From positions 1-16,154 of the IMG/VR virus record IMGVR_UViG_3300045988_120504: DNA of 16,154 nucleotides; one strand, given 5' to 3'. Below, in pieces: positions 14,967 through 16,154 of the stretch. Within the stretch, counting starts at the first letter, position 1; every line of letters starts with the position of its first letter. This stretch comes from a virus. Made by a program: the position numbers and the translations under genes. The notes under the pieces were generated by a model. That model ran no database searches, was not told where the DNA came from, and worked only from the letters and a program-made list of their open reading frames with translations.

Positions 14967-15224
14967 TTAATCAATTTCTTTTGAATCAAAACATTTTGCA
15001 GATGAATAGAATTCATCTAGTGGCATAACATATACCTTGCTAACCTGCTTAGGGCGCTGGATCGAAATATCTTCTCCAAATTCCTTAACAGCCAAGTTGA
15101 AAATACGTGCCATGCCAGCGGCGGCAGGGTATTCACGTGTGGCGATCTTTTTACCGTTGCGGCAAATGTCGCAAGTGGTAACGTTTTTAGTGCGCCACAC
15201 GTGTTTAGCCTTTGTTACATGCAA
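14967..15224 (-). CDS. Putative dsDNA-binding protein, phi29 p6-like, 85 aa, TTG start
   Basis: Weak similarity to p6 as remembered (RTKNVTT… vs REITKTTVNV; KVYVMPLDEFYSSA vs ERYSMDLETFLKHA). It is basic and lies directly upstream of the p5-like gene. A strong AAGGAGGTGA SD sits 8 nt before TTG. The in-frame ATG one codon downstream is followed immediately by a stop. Confidence 0.4.
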   Translation of the reverse strand: MHVTKAKHVWRTKNVTTCDICRNGKKIATREYPAAAGMARIFNLAVKEFGEDISIQRPKQVSKVYVMPLDEFYSSAKCFDSKEID

Positions 15225-15415
15225 TTTTGGTCACCTCCTTTAGGCTCGGTTCGCTCTAGTTCCTTTATCTCTTCAGCGATTATGTAAATCAAATCGCGTA
15301 AAGATTCTACATAGTGCCTACCTAAATAGGTAGCGCCGTTATCTGCTTCGATCGCTATTTGATAGCAATCAAGCTGTTTGAGGTAATGCACTGATAGTGC
15401 TGTTACTCTTGGCAT
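15215..15415 (-). CDS. Small acidic early protein, 66 aa, unknown function; its ATG sits exactly at the right ITR boundary
   Basis: ORF starting with ATGC at the last ITR nucleotides (15412-15415). Net charge about -4. No motif. Confidence 0.4.
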   Translation of the reverse strand: MPRVTALSVHYLKQLDCYQIAIEADNGATYLGRHYVESLRDLIYIIAEEIKELERTEPKGGDQNCM

Positions 15416-15418
15416 TTT

Positions 15419-15598
15419 TTAAAACCACCCATCCATATTAATTACCAGGCTTAGCAGCCACCCAATGCCAATCATTCCGCAGGGGAGGGCAGCGCACCAG
15501 ATTAGGCCGCCAACAATGCCACCCACATACCAGCCTAGCGCCATTAGTAGGCAGCAAAGGAGGGTAAAGGCTATTGCGGCTATTAGTTGCTTGGTCAT
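15419..15598 (-). CDS. ITR-encoded 59-aa two-TM membrane protein (copy 2 of 2)
   Basis: Exact mirror of 557..736. Confidence 0.55.
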   Translation of the reverse strand: MTKQLIAAIAFTLLCCLLMALGWYVGGIVGGLIWCAALPCGMIGIGWLLSLVINMDGWF

Positions 15599-15873
15599 TA
15601 GTATACCTCCACCGCGCGAACCTTATAGAAGTACTGAATTGCACTGCTAATATCTAAATCGCGTGCGTAGGCGGCTACACAATACGCTCCTGCGTTTTCT
15701 GCACTGCCAAACGATGCAATGTCAGTCTGCTTATAAACTTCGGGAATAAGATCATCGCTAGCATCTACAGAGTAGCGCGTTACTACATATGTATAGCCGT
15801 CAACGATAGTACCGGGGCAAATTGCGTTCTTTGCTTTGAGCTCAGCAATGGTAAATTTCTTAGTGGTGTACAT
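15598..15873 (-). CDS. ITR-encoded hypothetical early protein, 91 aa (copy 2 of 2)
   Basis: Translation identical to 282..557(+). Confidence 0.6.
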   Translation of the reverse strand: MYTTKKFTIAELKAKNAICPGTIVDGYTYVVTRYSVDASDDLIPEVYKQTDIASFGSAENAGAYCVAAYARDLDISSAIQYFYKVRAVEVY

Positions 15874-15917
15874 CTTTCCTAAATCTCCGTAAAGTCTGTT
15901 CCCTTCCGAACAATTAC

Positions 15918-15946
15918 ATTATGCCATGCGTTGGCGCTTGTGTCTA
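15918..15946 (-). promoter_or_regulatory. Mirror copy of the ITR promoter, directing inward (minus-strand) transcription of the right-end early operon
   Basis: Reverse complement of 209..237 (tgtcta at 15941-15946, attatg at 15918-15923). All downstream genes from 15873 down to 1034 are on the minus strand. Confidence 0.55.
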
Positions 15947-16019
15947 GTGCTTTGGTTTAATTTGTTTGGATTTTATTCATTGGTAAATGCTATGGATTTT
16001 AGTTCATTATTTTATTGTG

Positions 16020-16154
16020 TTGTTCTTGGCGTTGTGGTATAGTGCGTGTGTGGGCTGTGCCGTTCTTGGCGTTGTGGTGTAGAGAGGTGTGGGCTGTGTC
16101 GTTCTTGGCGTTGTGGTGTAGAGAGGTGTGGGCTGTGTCGTTCTTGGCGTTGTG
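16020..16154. repeat. Mirror copy of the terminal 39-bp tandem repeats (right end)
   Basis: Reverse complement of 1..135. The sequence 16020-16154 reads ggtgtagagaggtgtgggctgtgtcgttcttggcgttgtg twice, plus the diverged copy. Confidence 0.9.

Larger units (their letters stand above)
15412..16154. repeat. Right inverted terminal repeat (ITR), 743 bp
   Basis: Reverse complement of 1..743. The mirrored ORFs 15598..15873(-) and 15438..15644(-) have protein sequences identical to 282..557(+) and 511..717(+). Confidence 0.95.

Noticed and set aside
1-16154. Element flanked by 743-bp inverted repeats interpreted as a transposon or IS
   Set aside because: There is no transposase or integrase. The repeats sit exactly at the window termini, and the element encodes a terminal protein plus a protein-primed family-B polymerase and a full virion gene set. 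This fits a linear phage genome, not a transposable element.
1-16154. tRNA or other canonical RNA genes
   Set aside because: The genome is almost fully coding on one strand, and the few non-coding stretches lack cloverleaf-like complementarity. No tRNA-sized candidates were noticed, though no tRNA search software was run.

Overview
The window appears to be the complete linear genome (16,154 bp) of a small phi29-like podophage that replicates by protein priming. It is bounded by perfect inverted terminal repeats (ITRs) of 743 bp (1..743 and 15412..16154). Each ITR starts with about 3.4 copies of a 39-bp direct repeat (1..135, mirrored at 16020..16154). Each ITR also carries a sigma70-like promoter (TAGACA-17-TGgCATAAT) pointing inward and two small genes. 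These are a 91-aa soluble protein and a 59-aa two-TM membrane protein, so both genes are present twice.

Apart from three small genes at the left end, every gene is on the minus strand. Read from the right end on the minus strand, the order is: ITR promoter, 91-aa gene, 59-aa TM gene, 66-aa acidic protein, p6-like DNA-binding protein (85 aa, TTG start), p5-like SSB (143 aa), terminator, terminal protein (about 269 aa), family-B protein-primed DNA polymerase (581 aa), holin (121 aa, Phage_holin_4_1-like), endolysin (GH25 muramidase plus PG_binding_1 repeats), terminator, scaffold (97 aa), major capsid protein with a Big2-like C-terminus (460 aa), gp9-like tail knob (686 aa, Q/N/G-rich loop), gp10-like portal (327 aa), lower collar (about 190 aa), a 275-282-aa structural unknown, a 256-aa coiled-coil fiber, a gp13-like tail lysin (lysozyme-like N-terminus plus NlpC/P60; 430 aa), and a gp16-like packaging ATPase (346 aa).

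Many adjacent genes overlap as TAATG or ATGA, which suggests translational coupling. No tRNA genes or CRISPR arrays were seen. No pRNA was recognised; a 200-bp multi-hairpin non-coding region at 10279..10480 is the only candidate. All calls come from reading the sequence and the ORF translations against remembered family motifs. No database search was run.
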